A DNA stretch of 64,000 bases from Candidatus Dojkabacteria bacterium (GTDB taxonomy: Bacteria > Patescibacteriota > Dojkabacteria > SC72): assembly GCA_018056375.1 (NCBI GenBank), contig JAGPFQ010000002.1:75344-139343 (forward strand), in the 5' to 3' direction. Below are positions 18,948 through 28,362 of this stretch, in pieces. Positions within the stretch are counted from its first letter, which is position 1. Every line of letters begins with the position of its first letter. Below the pieces are notes generated by a model. The model was not told where the DNA came from, made no database searches, and worked only from the letters and a program-made list of their open reading frames with translations. The position numbers and the translations under genes were made by a program.

Positions 18948-20492
18948 TTAGTTGGTTAATCTATATTCATCAACACAGAAATTTCCTTCATTATCGTTTC
19001 CAAAAACTGTGAGACTGTCTAGAGAGTATTTGACCGTATGGAAGTATGTATTATCGAGTGGAATTATTTCATATTCATTCTCACCATCTATTTCAGATAT
19101 ATATATCATCCCATCTTTACTGTATGAGAGGTATCTTGAGTTAGATATCCACTGTATATTTTCAACATCTTTTTCTTTTGTAAATATCTTTGATCCTAAT
19201 TCTTCCGTATGGTCTAGTTCATCCTTATCAAATGTAAAGATACCTATGATGTCATTACTGTAGAATATTATGCTTCTGTTGTTATATGCTATCTCCCCAA
19301 ACTTTGTAGGATATGGGGAAATCATTACATACATTCCATTCTTGATATTGTACAGGTAGGAGGATGTCTCTGAGGAAATTAGTATAATTCCAGCATTTTC
19401 ATCAACAGAGATACTATCTATTCTACCAACAGTTTGTGTGTTAATAGGTGAGTTCGTAAAGAATACAGGTGTTGGTAGGCTCTCTCTGTAGTAATTAATA
19501 TATTTGAGATCTTTCTGCATAGATATCTCTTTCAACATAGTTTGTTTGTATAACTCTTTCAAAGTTATCGCTTCTAAAGTATAGAGATAGACTTTGTCTT
19601 CTTTTTGTGAGGTTTCTTCTAAGAAGTAGAAAACACCTTTTTTTGAAGTCGTCCAAACATGTGTCTTTCCGTCTGTTTTTTTCATTAAAACCCTGGTGGT
19701 TTTATCTATGTGATTGTAAGAGAATATCTCAGTTTCTGTCTCTATTATTAGATATTTACTATCTTTACTCCAAGATAGTTGTGGTTCTTTCATATAGCTA
19801 AAATCAGTTAGATTTTCTTTCTCTACATTAAAGGAACTAGTATCTACAAAATATATTTCTTGTTTATTACCTTCCTTTTTAATTGTTAAGAGTGCTAAAG
19901 TACCATCTGGAGAGAGGGATATTTCAATTTTGGGGTTATCAGTAGTCCAAATCTTTGTAGGGTTACTTGTAATATCAAAAAGACCCTTTTCTATTTTGTA
20001 TTTCCAAATGGAATATATATCATCTTCATCTGTGTCTTTGAGTAAAATTAAACCAACATCTCTATTTTCATTAATCCAAACTTTTTCAGCTATCTGTTTA
20101 GAATCCCAAATAGTATATTTCTTTAACTCTTCTGCTATTAACCAAGGGAATAGTTGTGTTGGTTTCTCTTCTACTACAGAAACTTTCTTTTTCCATTCCC
20201 GATACTTATCTTTCTTTACTACTACATCATATTCCCCACTCTCTACTATTTTGCTTTTAGTTGTCCTTCCAATGTTTTCTCCGTTTAAGGTCACTGTAGC
20301 TCCTGATGGTTGTGATTTAACTACAATAGCTCCAGTATATTTTACTTCGCCTTTTGTGAAATCAATCCTATATCCTTTAGCTAGTAGGAATATGGTGATT
20401 GTGAGAAGAACTACGAGTGTAGAGGAGATAATAGGGAGATAATGTATTAGAGTATGAGAAGTTGTTTTTTTGTCTTTCTTTTTACTAATCAT
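18948..20492 (-). CDS. Membrane-anchored PEGA-domain protein with a large beta-rich (propeller-like) ectodomain
   Basis: TM helix, then a PEGA domain (GAIVVKSQPSGATVTLNGENIGRTTKSKIVESGEYDVVV), then ~400 aa of beta-strand-rich sequence. The likely start is the internal Met (MISKKK...); the track ORF extends to 20543. Confidence 0.5.
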   Translation of the reverse strand: MISKKKDKKTTSHTLIHYLPIISSTLVVLLTITIFLLAKGYRIDFTKGEVKYTGAIVVKSQPSGATVTLNGENIGRTTKSKIVESGEYDVVVKKDKYREWKKKVSVVEEKPTQLFPWLIAEELKKYTIWDSKQIAEKVWINENRDVGLILLKDTDEDDIYSIWKYKIEKGLFDITSNPTKIWTTDNPKIEISLSPDGTLALLTIKKEGNKQEIYFVDTSSFNVEKENLTDFSYMKEPQLSWSKDSKYLIIETETEIFSYNHIDKTTRVLMKKTDGKTHVWTTSKKGVFYFLEETSQKEDKVYLYTLEAITLKELYKQTMLKEISMQKDLKYINYYRESLPTPVFFTNSPINTQTVGRIDSISVDENAGIILISSETSSYLYNIKNGMYVMISPYPTKFGEIAYNNRSIIFYSNDIIGIFTFDKDELDHTEELGSKIFTKEKDVENIQWISNSRYLSYSKDGMIYISEIDGENEYEIIPLDNTYFHTVKYSLDSLTVFGNDNEGNFCVDEYRLTN

Positions 20493-20634
20493 TTCAGTTA
20501 AGAGAGTATAGCATAATAGGGGAGAAATTGTTAAAATATACATATTGTAAAAGCTAAATGGAAGTTTAAGAACGAATGATAGGGAAGTTATATTGATATG
20601 TTTTACTAAGAATTAATTTATAGCTTTAATCTAG

Positions 20635-21654
20635 ATGATAGGGAGAAAATTAGGAATAGATTTAGGAACAGCAAACTCAGTGGTTTTCCTCCAAGGAGAG
20701 GGTGTAGTTTTGACAGAACCTACAGTTGTAGCTATAGATTTGGATACTTTTACTGTTGTTGCAGTAGGTAAGGATGCTAAGAAAATGATTGGTAAGACAC
20801 CTGATAATATAATTGCAAAGAGACCTCTTAGAGATGGTGTAATTGCTGATTCTAGAATAACAGAGGCACTTTTGAAACACTTTTTTGATAGGGCTCTTGG
20901 TAGAGCTAGATTTTTTAAACCAGATGTTGTTATGAGTGTACCTGCAGGAATTACTTCTGTGGAGGAGAGGGCTGTACTTAAGGCTGCCAATGCTGTTGGT
21001 TCTAAGACAATAACGTTGCTTCCTGAACCTCTTTTGGCTGCTTTGGGAGCAGAATTGCCAATTCATACATCTTCAGGGAATATGATTGTAAATATGGGTG
21101 GTGGAACCACCGAGGTTGCTGTAATGTCTTTGGATGGTATTGTAGAATATGAGTCTCTAAAGGTAGGAGGAGATGCTCTTAATGAATATATAATTTCATA
21201 TATGAAGAAGAATAAGGGTATCATGATAGGTGAGCAGACAGCTGAGAATATTAAAATTAGGATTGGTTCTGCTGTTGAAGTGAAAAAGCCAAAGCAGATG
21301 GAGATTAGAGGAAGAGATGTTGGAGCTGGTATGCCTAAATCAGTTATTGTTGATTCTAATGATGTTGTAAAAGCATTAGAATTTCCACTTAAGAAGATGA
21401 TAGAAGGTATCAAGAGTGTTTTAGAGAAGACACCACCGGAACTATCGGCTGATATTATTGATCGTGGTATGGTTATGAGTGGTGGTACGGCTAAGCTGAG
21501 AAACTTAGACAAGCTTTTCTCGAGAACAACAGGAGTTCCTGCCCATATAGCAGATGAAGCTCTTTTCTGTGTTGCAAAAGGTACAGGTATTGCTTTAGAA
21601 TTATTAGCAACAGGTGAGAGAAAATTCTCATTTAACAAAGAATTTAGAAGATAA
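20635..21654 (+). CDS. mreB: Rod shape-determining actin homolog MreB (paralog 1)
   Basis: LGIDLGTANSVVF phosphate-1 motif and an actin/Hsp70 fold, 339 aa. Confidence 0.85.
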   Translation: MIGRKLGIDLGTANSVVFLQGEGVVLTEPTVVAIDLDTFTVVAVGKDAKKMIGKTPDNIIAKRPLRDGVIADSRITEALLKHFFDRALGRARFFKPDVVMSVPAGITSVEERAVLKAANAVGSKTITLLPEPLLAALGAELPIHTSSGNMIVNMGGGTTEVAVMSLDGIVEYESLKVGGDALNEYIISYMKKNKGIMIGEQTAENIKIRIGSAVEVKKPKQMEIRGRDVGAGMPKSVIVDSNDVVKALEFPLKKMIEGIKSVLEKTPPELSADIIDRGMVMSGGTAKLRNLDKLFSRTTGVPAHIADEALFCVAKGTGIALELLATGERKFSFNKEFRR

Positions 21655-21674
21655 TTTTTAAGTTTTGTATTCCA

Positions 21675-22826
21675 ATGTTTGACAAAAAGAAAAAAGAGAT
21701 GACATTGCAAGAAGTAACTGCACTTCTTGAGCAACTTAGATTACCAACAGCACTTGTCTTTACACCTCTTAATCTTGAGTCAGAGAAAAAGAAGTTTTTT
21801 GATTCTGATACATACGAACCATATTTTAAATACAGAATAGTTAAGAATGATAATGAAAAAATTCTTGATAAACTTTCTAAGGTTGAATTAATCTCCGATG
21901 TTGATCCAAGAATTTCCAAATTCTACATTGATTTAATTACATCTAAAGCACAAGCAAATGATTTAATGTATGCTGTAGGAAATAACCAGAAAGTTACAGA
22001 GATTTCAAAAGATAGATTTGGTATTCCCTCTCCAATTCTGTTTAGGAATGCTGCTAGGGTAATGAGAGGTGTTGTAAAGAACTACCACTTAGCGAAGAGT
22101 CCTTCAAAAACAAAAGATGTGTTAGGATATGATGAGATAGTTAAGGTATTTGACGGTGTGTTTAATGAATTGGGGTTAGAAGGGTGGGCAGTAGAGAGGT
22201 CAATAAATATATCCAAAAATGGAATTAAGATTGGTGTGAAGCGAAAACAAGTACTAGTTAATGAGGAGATTCAGAGGAGTAAATTTGCATTGAGAAAATC
22301 AATTGTGCATGAAGTTGGTACACATGTGCTTAGATCTGTAAATGGAAAAAACACGGGTTTCACAGCACTTGGAAATGCTAATTTACCAGCATATCTGGAT
22401 GTTGAGGAAGGGTTGGCAACGTGGAACGAGAGTGAAATGGGGGTGTTAACAGAGGATGGTTTGAAGAAGAAAGCTGCCTATGTTTATGCAATTAAGATAG
22501 GGGAGAATATGTCATTTAGACAGTTGTACAATGCTCTTCTTGGTTCTCTACCTAAATATTCAGCTTTTAATATAGTGTATAGGGTAAAGAGGGGTTTAGC
22601 TGATACAGCTAAACCAGGTATCTATACAAAAGATATTGTGTATTTTAGAGGTTTTAGAAAAGTGTTAAAGAAACTAGGTGAGGATAAATCATTATATCCA
22701 CTTCTGTATGCAGGTAAGATCGATTTTAAGCAATGTGATTGGGTTAGAGAAGGTTTGATACCTAAAGCAAAAATAGTCCCATCTAAAGAAATGTGGAACA
22801 AGATATTTACGAAGGTTGGGATATAG
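21675..22826 (+). CDS. DUF1704 / QEGLA-motif family protein (gluzincin-like HExxH metallopeptidase fold; the eukaryotic KIAA0895/MATCAP family)
   Basis: HEVGTHVLR HExxH motif, downstream EEGLATW (QEGLA-like) motif, ~380 aa, the typical family size. Confidence 0.55.
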   Translation: MFDKKKKEMTLQEVTALLEQLRLPTALVFTPLNLESEKKKFFDSDTYEPYFKYRIVKNDNEKILDKLSKVELISDVDPRISKFYIDLITSKAQANDLMYAVGNNQKVTEISKDRFGIPSPILFRNAARVMRGVVKNYHLAKSPSKTKDVLGYDEIVKVFDGVFNELGLEGWAVERSINISKNGIKIGVKRKQVLVNEEIQRSKFALRKSIVHEVGTHVLRSVNGKNTGFTALGNANLPAYLDVEEGLATWNESEMGVLTEDGLKKKAAYVYAIKIGENMSFRQLYNALLGSLPKYSAFNIVYRVKRGLADTAKPGIYTKDIVYFRGFRKVLKKLGEDKSLYPLLYAGKIDFKQCDWVREGLIPKAKIVPSKEMWNKIFTKVGI

Positions 22827-22843
22827 AACAGAAGAAAGAAGAG

Positions 22844-23019
22844 CCAGGTTACCTTTGTCGTATACCCTTTGGTCGTAAAGACTATAACGATTTTTTATCC
22901 GATATTTAACATACTACAAGACACTAGATAAAGCTTCTAGTATGTTAAATATCGTATTAGAAGTTCAATATAGTCTTGTTGTAGTAACGATATACGGATA
23001 TACGACAAAGGTAACCTGG
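22844..23019. mobile_element. MITE-like palindromic repeat, copy 2 (22-bp TIR CCAGGTTACCTTTGTCGTATA)
   Basis: Perfect 21-22 bp terminal inverted repeats, an internal palindrome atatttaacatactacaag / cttctagtatgttaaatat, shares gtaaagactataacga and tagtcttgttgtagtaacg segments with copies 1 and 3. Ends at 23019, directly abutting the TAA (minus) stop of the gene at 23020. Confidence 0.75.
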
Positions 23020-23949
23020 TTAAATAAATGCAGTGATAATGGCTTCTGCTATATTCACAGGTTTCCCTTCAATCTTTGTTTCGTATGCTTTATATCCTGG
23101 ATGGAAACTCCACTCTTGGACTGCAGGTTTTCCATTGATATACATAAAATCAACAGCCATAAAGTCTGCATGGAGTAGGGAAGCTACTTTTTCTGCTATG
23201 GTTTTAATCTCTTCATTTGGTTCGTTGTACATCTCATATTCACCTTTACTTACTGTCATAAAACTGCCTTTTGCATATCTCTTCCATCCACCAATGATTT
23301 TACCTAATTTAACAAAAACTCTGTAATCTTCACCAGAATTAGAGAACTCTTGTAAGAAGAAGTCTGGATTTAGCTTGTATTCATCTTCTTTTTCAATCTT
23401 AAATACATTCTTCTTTATCTTTTCCTTACCATCTATTACCTCAACTCTGTTTTTACCAGTATAGTCTTTGGTAATTAGTGGAAAATCTTTTAGATAATCT
23501 CTCTCTTCTGTGTAGTTTCCATCTGTTCTGAAGTATGTATTAAAATATGGGATGTTATTTATTGAACAGAATTGTGCCATTGCAATTTTGTTGTAGTAGG
23601 GGAATCTCTTTATAGCTTCAGCATTTTGTACTAATATGTTTTTATCTGGATTCTCTTTGTTGTACTGTTCTGCGAAATCAATAATATATCTTTTATAGTG
23701 ATATTCTTGGTCATTATGTAGGGCATGTCCTCTGAATATTATATGTGAATACTCTGCAATATCCTTTCCATTAGCTGTTATTATAAACCTACCATTATTT
23801 AATATAAATTCTAATTGGTCATTGTATATGAAATCTTGTTCTATATTCCTTTTGTCTAACTCTTCTAACAGTCTTGCAGAACTTGTTGGTATATCTAGTT
23901 TCTTACCAATTTCACCTCTCTGTCTTTTATCTATGATGAGATATTTCAT
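23020..23949 (-). CDS. ATP-grasp fold ligase (possibly tubulin-tyrosine-ligase/RimK-like), bracketed by two MITE copies
   Basis: C-terminal ATP-grasp signatures DYRVFVKLGKIIGG and ADFMAVDFMYINGKPAVQEWSFHPG, 309 aa. Confidence 0.5.
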   Translation of the reverse strand: MKYLIIDKRQRGEIGKKLDIPTSSARLLEELDKRNIEQDFIYNDQLEFILNNGRFIITANGKDIAEYSHIIFRGHALHNDQEYHYKRYIIDFAEQYNKENPDKNILVQNAEAIKRFPYYNKIAMAQFCSINNIPYFNTYFRTDGNYTEERDYLKDFPLITKDYTGKNRVEVIDGKEKIKKNVFKIEKEDEYKLNPDFFLQEFSNSGEDYRVFVKLGKIIGGWKRYAKGSFMTVSKGEYEMYNEPNEEIKTIAEKVASLLHADFMAVDFMYINGKPAVQEWSFHPGYKAYETKIEGKPVNIAEAIITAFI

Positions 23950-24001
23950 ACTTTTCTTGCTCTATTAAATTATCTATCTAATTTTATCATTTTTTAGTTC
24001 T

Positions 24002-24177
24002 TCCGGTTACCTTCATCGTATATCCTTACTACAATAACACTATATCGAGTTTTACATATGATATTTAACATACTAGAAGCTTTTATTTGAACAAGAGTAC
24101 CTTGTAGTATGTTAAATTTCTACTTAAAAATGATAATAGTCTTTACTCAGAAAGAGTATACGATGAAGGTAACCGGA
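24002..24177. mobile_element. MITE-like palindromic repeat, copy 3 (inverted relative to copy 2; TIR TCCGGTTACCTTCATCGTATA)
   Basis: The reverse complement aligns along its length with copy 2. Terminal repeats are perfect within the copy. Ends at 24177, abutting the TAA (minus) stop of the gene starting at 24178. Confidence 0.75.
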
Positions 24178-25881
24178 TTATATAATTTTTATCTTTTTAA
24201 TATATCCCTTACTTCTATACCTCTTTACAATCTTCATCTCTTCTTGATTTTCAAGCTCCTTACTCACAACTAATAAATCAATATTATTAAATCCTAAACC
24301 ATCACTCTTTACAGCATCCCAATCCCTATGATGAATAATTATGCCATCTAGTAAAGCATTAACCTTAAGTGCTTCAATACCTCTCCATTTCTCTAATCCA
24401 CTATTAATCTCTAACCCATTAATTCTTAAATATCCATCCTTGTATTCTCCAACTACTTCGTTTTCAGTAAAGTATGAACCAAAGAAATTCTTCTCTCTTA
24501 ATACAGTTAGAACATCTGGTAGACTACTTCCCACTACAACAACCTTTTTTGTTTTGTTGTCTTTTAGTAATTTCTTAACAAATATATCTATTACATATGA
24601 CCTGTCTTCCCCTAATACTGGGAAGAGATTAAGGTATGCTTCAGGCATTGTGTTAACCTCGAGGATACCTCCATTCTCTTGAGTAAGAGGTTCACTAATA
24701 TCTTTACAAAGTACATCAACTCCGACAACAAATGCATGTATAGAGGAAGCTATACTCTCTGCAACATACTTAATCTCATCAGAGACCTTGTCTGTAAAGT
24801 CCTCTGTTATACCTCCTTGACTCATACTAGCTACTTTTCTTACTTGTATTTTTTCATCCTGTTTTGGAATACTCTCTAATGTAAGGTCTTGCTCTTTAAG
24901 ATAGTCGAGTAGTGGTTGATCTATCTTTATTGGTTTTAATGTATGAGTAGGGTTAGTAACATCTCTTCTGGGGTCTTTGTTCGTTTCATCTAATAATTCT
25001 TGTATAGTACTCTTACCATCACCTACGATAAAGGCAGGGATTCTTTTTGTTGCTACCTCTAACTTACCATCGATAACTAGTAGCCTGTAATCTTCTCCTG
25101 GTACTTGTTCTTGAATCATTATCTTTCTCTGCCATGCTTCTCTCTCTTTACCATCAATGGCTTTTTGTGCGAAATCAAATGCCTTCTTTGCTTCCTCTAC
25201 TGTGTTTATACCAACTACAACACCACTTCCTCCAATTAATCCTGTGGGTTTGATTACAACTGGTTTGTTGTATTCACTCCATACTTCATCTATCTGGCTC
25301 TTGTTATCTAATGTTTCCCACTTAGGGATTGGTAGACCAAGTCTTGATATCATGAGATTGGTAGACCATTTATCCTTCTGCATCTCTTTTGCTATTTTAG
25401 AATCTTTGCTAGAAGAGATAGAGAAGATAATTTCAGAGCCTTTTCCACATCCAATTGTATGATGTCTGTTGTATCCTTTCATATATCCAGGTTTATCTGT
25501 ATCTAGAATTTTATTGTCTATAATTGTGGGAGTGATTTCATAACCCAAGGTGTATGCAGAGTGGAGTACTGGGATAGTGGACATAGATGCAACTCTCTGT
25601 TTGATTAATGTTTCAACAATATATTCTCTACATTCCTCATATGATATCTTTCTTTCTGCTAGCTTTTGTAAGTATTCACTTGCTTCTCTCCAAAGAAAGG
25701 CAGTTCTTGTTTCAATGTAAAGATAGCCTTGTGTGGAGTAATATTTTTCTATAAATAGTGGGTGAAAGCTACTGATTAAATCCAAAAGTTTCTTTACTTC
25801 TTCTGTTTCTTCTATCTCAATAATGATAGTTGAGTAGGGGGATATTAAGTTTAAACCTTGTAATACTTGTACTTTTTTCAT
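24178..25881 (-). CDS. Cyanophycin synthetase (CphA) G-domain-like ATP-grasp ligase lacking the Mur-ligase-like domain
   Basis: The segment DYRLLVIDGKLEVATKRIPAFIVGDGKSTIQELLDETNKDPRRDVTNPTHTLKPIKID matches the CphA ATP-grasp core (DYR[LV]LVV...HV[IV]GDGK.TI.ELI...N.DPRRG..H...L). 567 aa versus ~870 for CphA; the C-terminal ~120 aa is not Mur-ligase-like. Confidence 0.65.
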   Translation of the reverse strand: MKKVQVLQGLNLISPYSTIIIEIEETEEVKKLLDLISSFHPLFIEKYYSTQGYLYIETRTAFLWREASEYLQKLAERKISYEECREYIVETLIKQRVASMSTIPVLHSAYTLGYEITPTIIDNKILDTDKPGYMKGYNRHHTIGCGKGSEIIFSISSSKDSKIAKEMQKDKWSTNLMISRLGLPIPKWETLDNKSQIDEVWSEYNKPVVIKPTGLIGGSGVVVGINTVEEAKKAFDFAQKAIDGKEREAWQRKIMIQEQVPGEDYRLLVIDGKLEVATKRIPAFIVGDGKSTIQELLDETNKDPRRDVTNPTHTLKPIKIDQPLLDYLKEQDLTLESIPKQDEKIQVRKVASMSQGGITEDFTDKVSDEIKYVAESIASSIHAFVVGVDVLCKDISEPLTQENGGILEVNTMPEAYLNLFPVLGEDRSYVIDIFVKKLLKDNKTKKVVVVGSSLPDVLTVLREKNFFGSYFTENEVVGEYKDGYLRINGLEINSGLEKWRGIEALKVNALLDGIIIHHRDWDAVKSDGLGFNNIDLLVVSKELENQEEMKIVKRYRSKGYIKKIKII

Positions 25882-25883
25882 AT

Positions 25884-26888
25884 CTATTCTTTTGAATTTA
25901 AATATTTATCCCTAATATATTCCATAATTGGAATAGCTACTTTAACCTGTTCACCTTTATCTACTTTGTAGTGTAATCTTAATCCTGGGTTGTAGTTAAT
26001 TTCATTGACAGCACATTCATCTGGTTTTGTAATATCTTTTGCAATGATATCTACACCTCCAAACTCTGATCCAACAGTCTTTACAGCTTTGATAGCTAAC
26101 TGTCTGTAGAAGTCGTGAGTTTCTTTTGCACACTCTTCTGTTGTTCCTCCTGTAGTAAGATTGCAGTTGTATCTTAATATCTGCTCTTTTCCTTTTTCAA
26201 CTACAGACTCTAGGTTAAGATTATCTCTCATGAGTTTGAGCATGACCTCATTATCTATTGGTATTGGTAGTAAACCTTTTTCCTTTCGTGATATATTCTC
26301 TAGTTCTATCAGCTGTCTTACTGTGTGTTCTCTATCTCCAACTACATGTGCTGCCTTTCTTCTTACGATACCAATAACTTGATTTCCTAGAACTAGAAGT
26401 CGGTAGTTTTCACCATGTATGAATTCTTCTCCTATAACTTTTTTATCATCAGAAGGTGCATGGGAAGAATCAAAAGCAATCTTAAATGCTTTCAATACCT
26501 GTTCTTCACTCTGTGGAAGGATAGATACACCTTTACCACCTAATTGTTGAGTTGGTTTAATTACTATATCCTTATACTTATCGTAGAATTTAATAGCATC
26601 CATCTCGCATGTGAGAATCTCTTGTTCTGGAACTTTTACCCCCTGTTCTTTCAACACCAAATGTGTCAAATTCTTCCTTTTACATATTGTTGTACTGGGA
26701 GTAGGGACTAATGGAGTTACTGTGTTTATAATGAACCAATGTTTGTTTTCAACAGAAAATTTTGCCATGAGACCTGGAACTAATACTTTGTAGTTGATTC
26801 CTAGAATATCTGCAGCCTCAACGTAGTAGGAGAGATGGATATTCCCAGCTATCTGAATGTATTTCTTTTTGTCTTTATCTTCCTCCAT
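25884..26888 (-). CDS. ATP-grasp ligase, CphA/RimK-like (short form)
   Basis: ENYRLLVLGNQVIGIVRRKAAHVVGDREHTVRQLIELEN resembles the CphA/glutathione-synthetase-type ATP-grasp motif, 334 aa. Confidence 0.6.
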   Translation of the reverse strand: MEEDKDKKKYIQIAGNIHLSYYVEAADILGINYKVLVPGLMAKFSVENKHWFIINTVTPLVPTPSTTICKRKNLTHLVLKEQGVKVPEQEILTCEMDAIKFYDKYKDIVIKPTQQLGGKGVSILPQSEEQVLKAFKIAFDSSHAPSDDKKVIGEEFIHGENYRLLVLGNQVIGIVRRKAAHVVGDREHTVRQLIELENISRKEKGLLPIPIDNEVMLKLMRDNLNLESVVEKGKEQILRYNCNLTTGGTTEECAKETHDFYRQLAIKAVKTVGSEFGGVDIIAKDITKPDECAVNEINYNPGLRLHYKVDKGEQVKVAIPIMEYIRDKYLNSKE

Positions 26889-26913
26889 GATGTTTTAAAT
26901 TATATTCAATATA

Positions 26914-28362
26914 TTATTTAAACGTCTTACTGGTGTCAATCAAATATCCTTTCAGATCTTCTTTTCCAAACATTACATGATACTCTAGGTCAGGAACTAC
27001 AACAGTTTCAATCTCTCTTTCTTCTCCTGTTATTCTAACTTTAATCTGTATAACAGGGTAGATATTTACAAAATCTCCTTCTACAATTTTTGCAATTCTA
27101 ACAATACCATCTTCCATTGTAAGCTTTTGAAGATTAGCATCAATATATTCCTGTGCTTCTTTAAGTGATTGGAAGTTTTTGGGAACATTCAAACTCCTAA
27201 AATATTTTGTTGTTGATATATATCCAATTCTATTCGCAAATGTCTCAGAGATTCTAGATGTTAGAACACCTGTATCCATAAAAGCTTTGGCAACTTCTCT
27301 TACTTCTTTTCCTTTTTTTCTTTTCTTCAGGTGTGTAACAAGTATTCTCTCGTTAATATTCACAACCTTTCTACCACTGATAGCCTCAATGCTTTCCTCT
27401 ACTTCTCCTCCAAAGAGACTTTTTGCCAACCTTATCCCATGCTTTATCCCTTTCACTTCAATATCCTTAACTTTTTCTAATCTCCATCTCAAACCTGCTT
27501 TGTTTGCTACCTGTATACCTAATCCGGGTCTAGCATTTAACTCAAAGACGATAGGGCCTTTCTCAGCATCAAGAGCAATATCAACACCGAGATATCCTAA
27601 CTTTGAAACTCTTTGACACTTGAGAGCTATTTCAAGAATATTATCCCAATCAGGAATTTGAATACCACTAAGAAGTTTGTTTTCTTTCAAATCTTGTGTC
27701 ATTTCAATATCTTCATATCTATCTGAGAAAAGTGAGGATGTATCCATCTGCATAGAGTAGGTGGTAATACCTGTTGCGATATCAATACCTGTACAGATAG
27801 CACCAGAATGTAGATTAGCTGTACCATCTGATCTTTTAGTAGGTATTCGAGCCATAGCCATGATTGGGACACCGTTAAAACAGATAACTCTAATATCAGG
27901 AACTCCTTTGTAGGAGTATTGTTTGAGTAAAGAGTCTGTTTTTACTCTCTCTTCAAGAATGGCAATATCTTTCTTGTTTCCCATTGAGAACCTACCTTCT
28001 AGTATATTCTCAATATGTAGAATGATGTCATTTTTTGTCATTACATTTCCACTAGGTCTAATCCATGCCATTTCACCTTTCTTTTTACCATAGAAGACAA
28101 CGATTCCATTTCCTCCTGTACCCTTGTTTGGCTTAATTACAAAACTTTTAGGTAAACTCTCCCAATCTAGAAACTTAAGTTGTAGTTTTGATCTGATTAG
28201 CTTGTAAACTTCTGGAGATTTAATTCCTTCTTTTGCTATTAATCTCTTTGTTGCAATCTTGTTGTCAACAAGTCTTTTCGCAGAAGGAGGATTGTATGGT
28301 CTAATATATTCCTGATTCCTCCTGTTTAATCCCAAAATGTCTTTGTAGTGGTTGTTAATCAT
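26914..28362 (-). CDS. RimK-like alpha-L-glutamate-ligase-related ATP-grasp fused to a C-terminal retropepsin-like (DTG) putative protease domain
   Basis: N-terminal LGLNRRNQEYIRPYNPPSAKRLVDNKIATKRL and GVPDIRVICFNGVPIMAMARI...GYLGVDIALDAEKGPIVFELNARPG (ATP-grasp); C-terminal ~170 aa contains MDTGV (aspartic protease D-T-G). 482 aa. Confidence 0.6.
   Translation of the reverse strand: MINNHYKDILGLNRRNQEYIRPYNPPSAKRLVDNKIATKRLIAKEGIKSPEVYKLIRSKLQLKFLDWESLPKSFVIKPNKGTGGNGIVVFYGKKKGEMAWIRPSGNVMTKNDIILHIENILEGRFSMGNKKDIAILEERVKTDSLLKQYSYKGVPDIRVICFNGVPIMAMARIPTKRSDGTANLHSGAICTGIDIATGITTYSMQMDTSSLFSDRYEDIEMTQDLKENKLLSGIQIPDWDNILEIALKCQRVSKLGYLGVDIALDAEKGPIVFELNARPGLGIQVANKAGLRWRLEKVKDIEVKGIKHGIRLAKSLFGGEVEESIEAISGRKVVNINERILVTHLKKRKKGKEVREVAKAFMDTGVLTSRISETFANRIGYISTTKYFRSLNVPKNFQSLKEAQEYIDANLQKLTMEDGIVRIAKIVEGDFVNIYPVIQIKVRITGEEREIETVVVPDLEYHVMFGKEDLKGYLIDTSKTFK

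Noticed and set aside
22942-23178. 78-aa plus-strand ORF starting inside MITE copy 2
   Set aside because: It begins within the palindromic repeat and runs antisense into the ATP-grasp gene, so it is an artefact of the repeat sequence.
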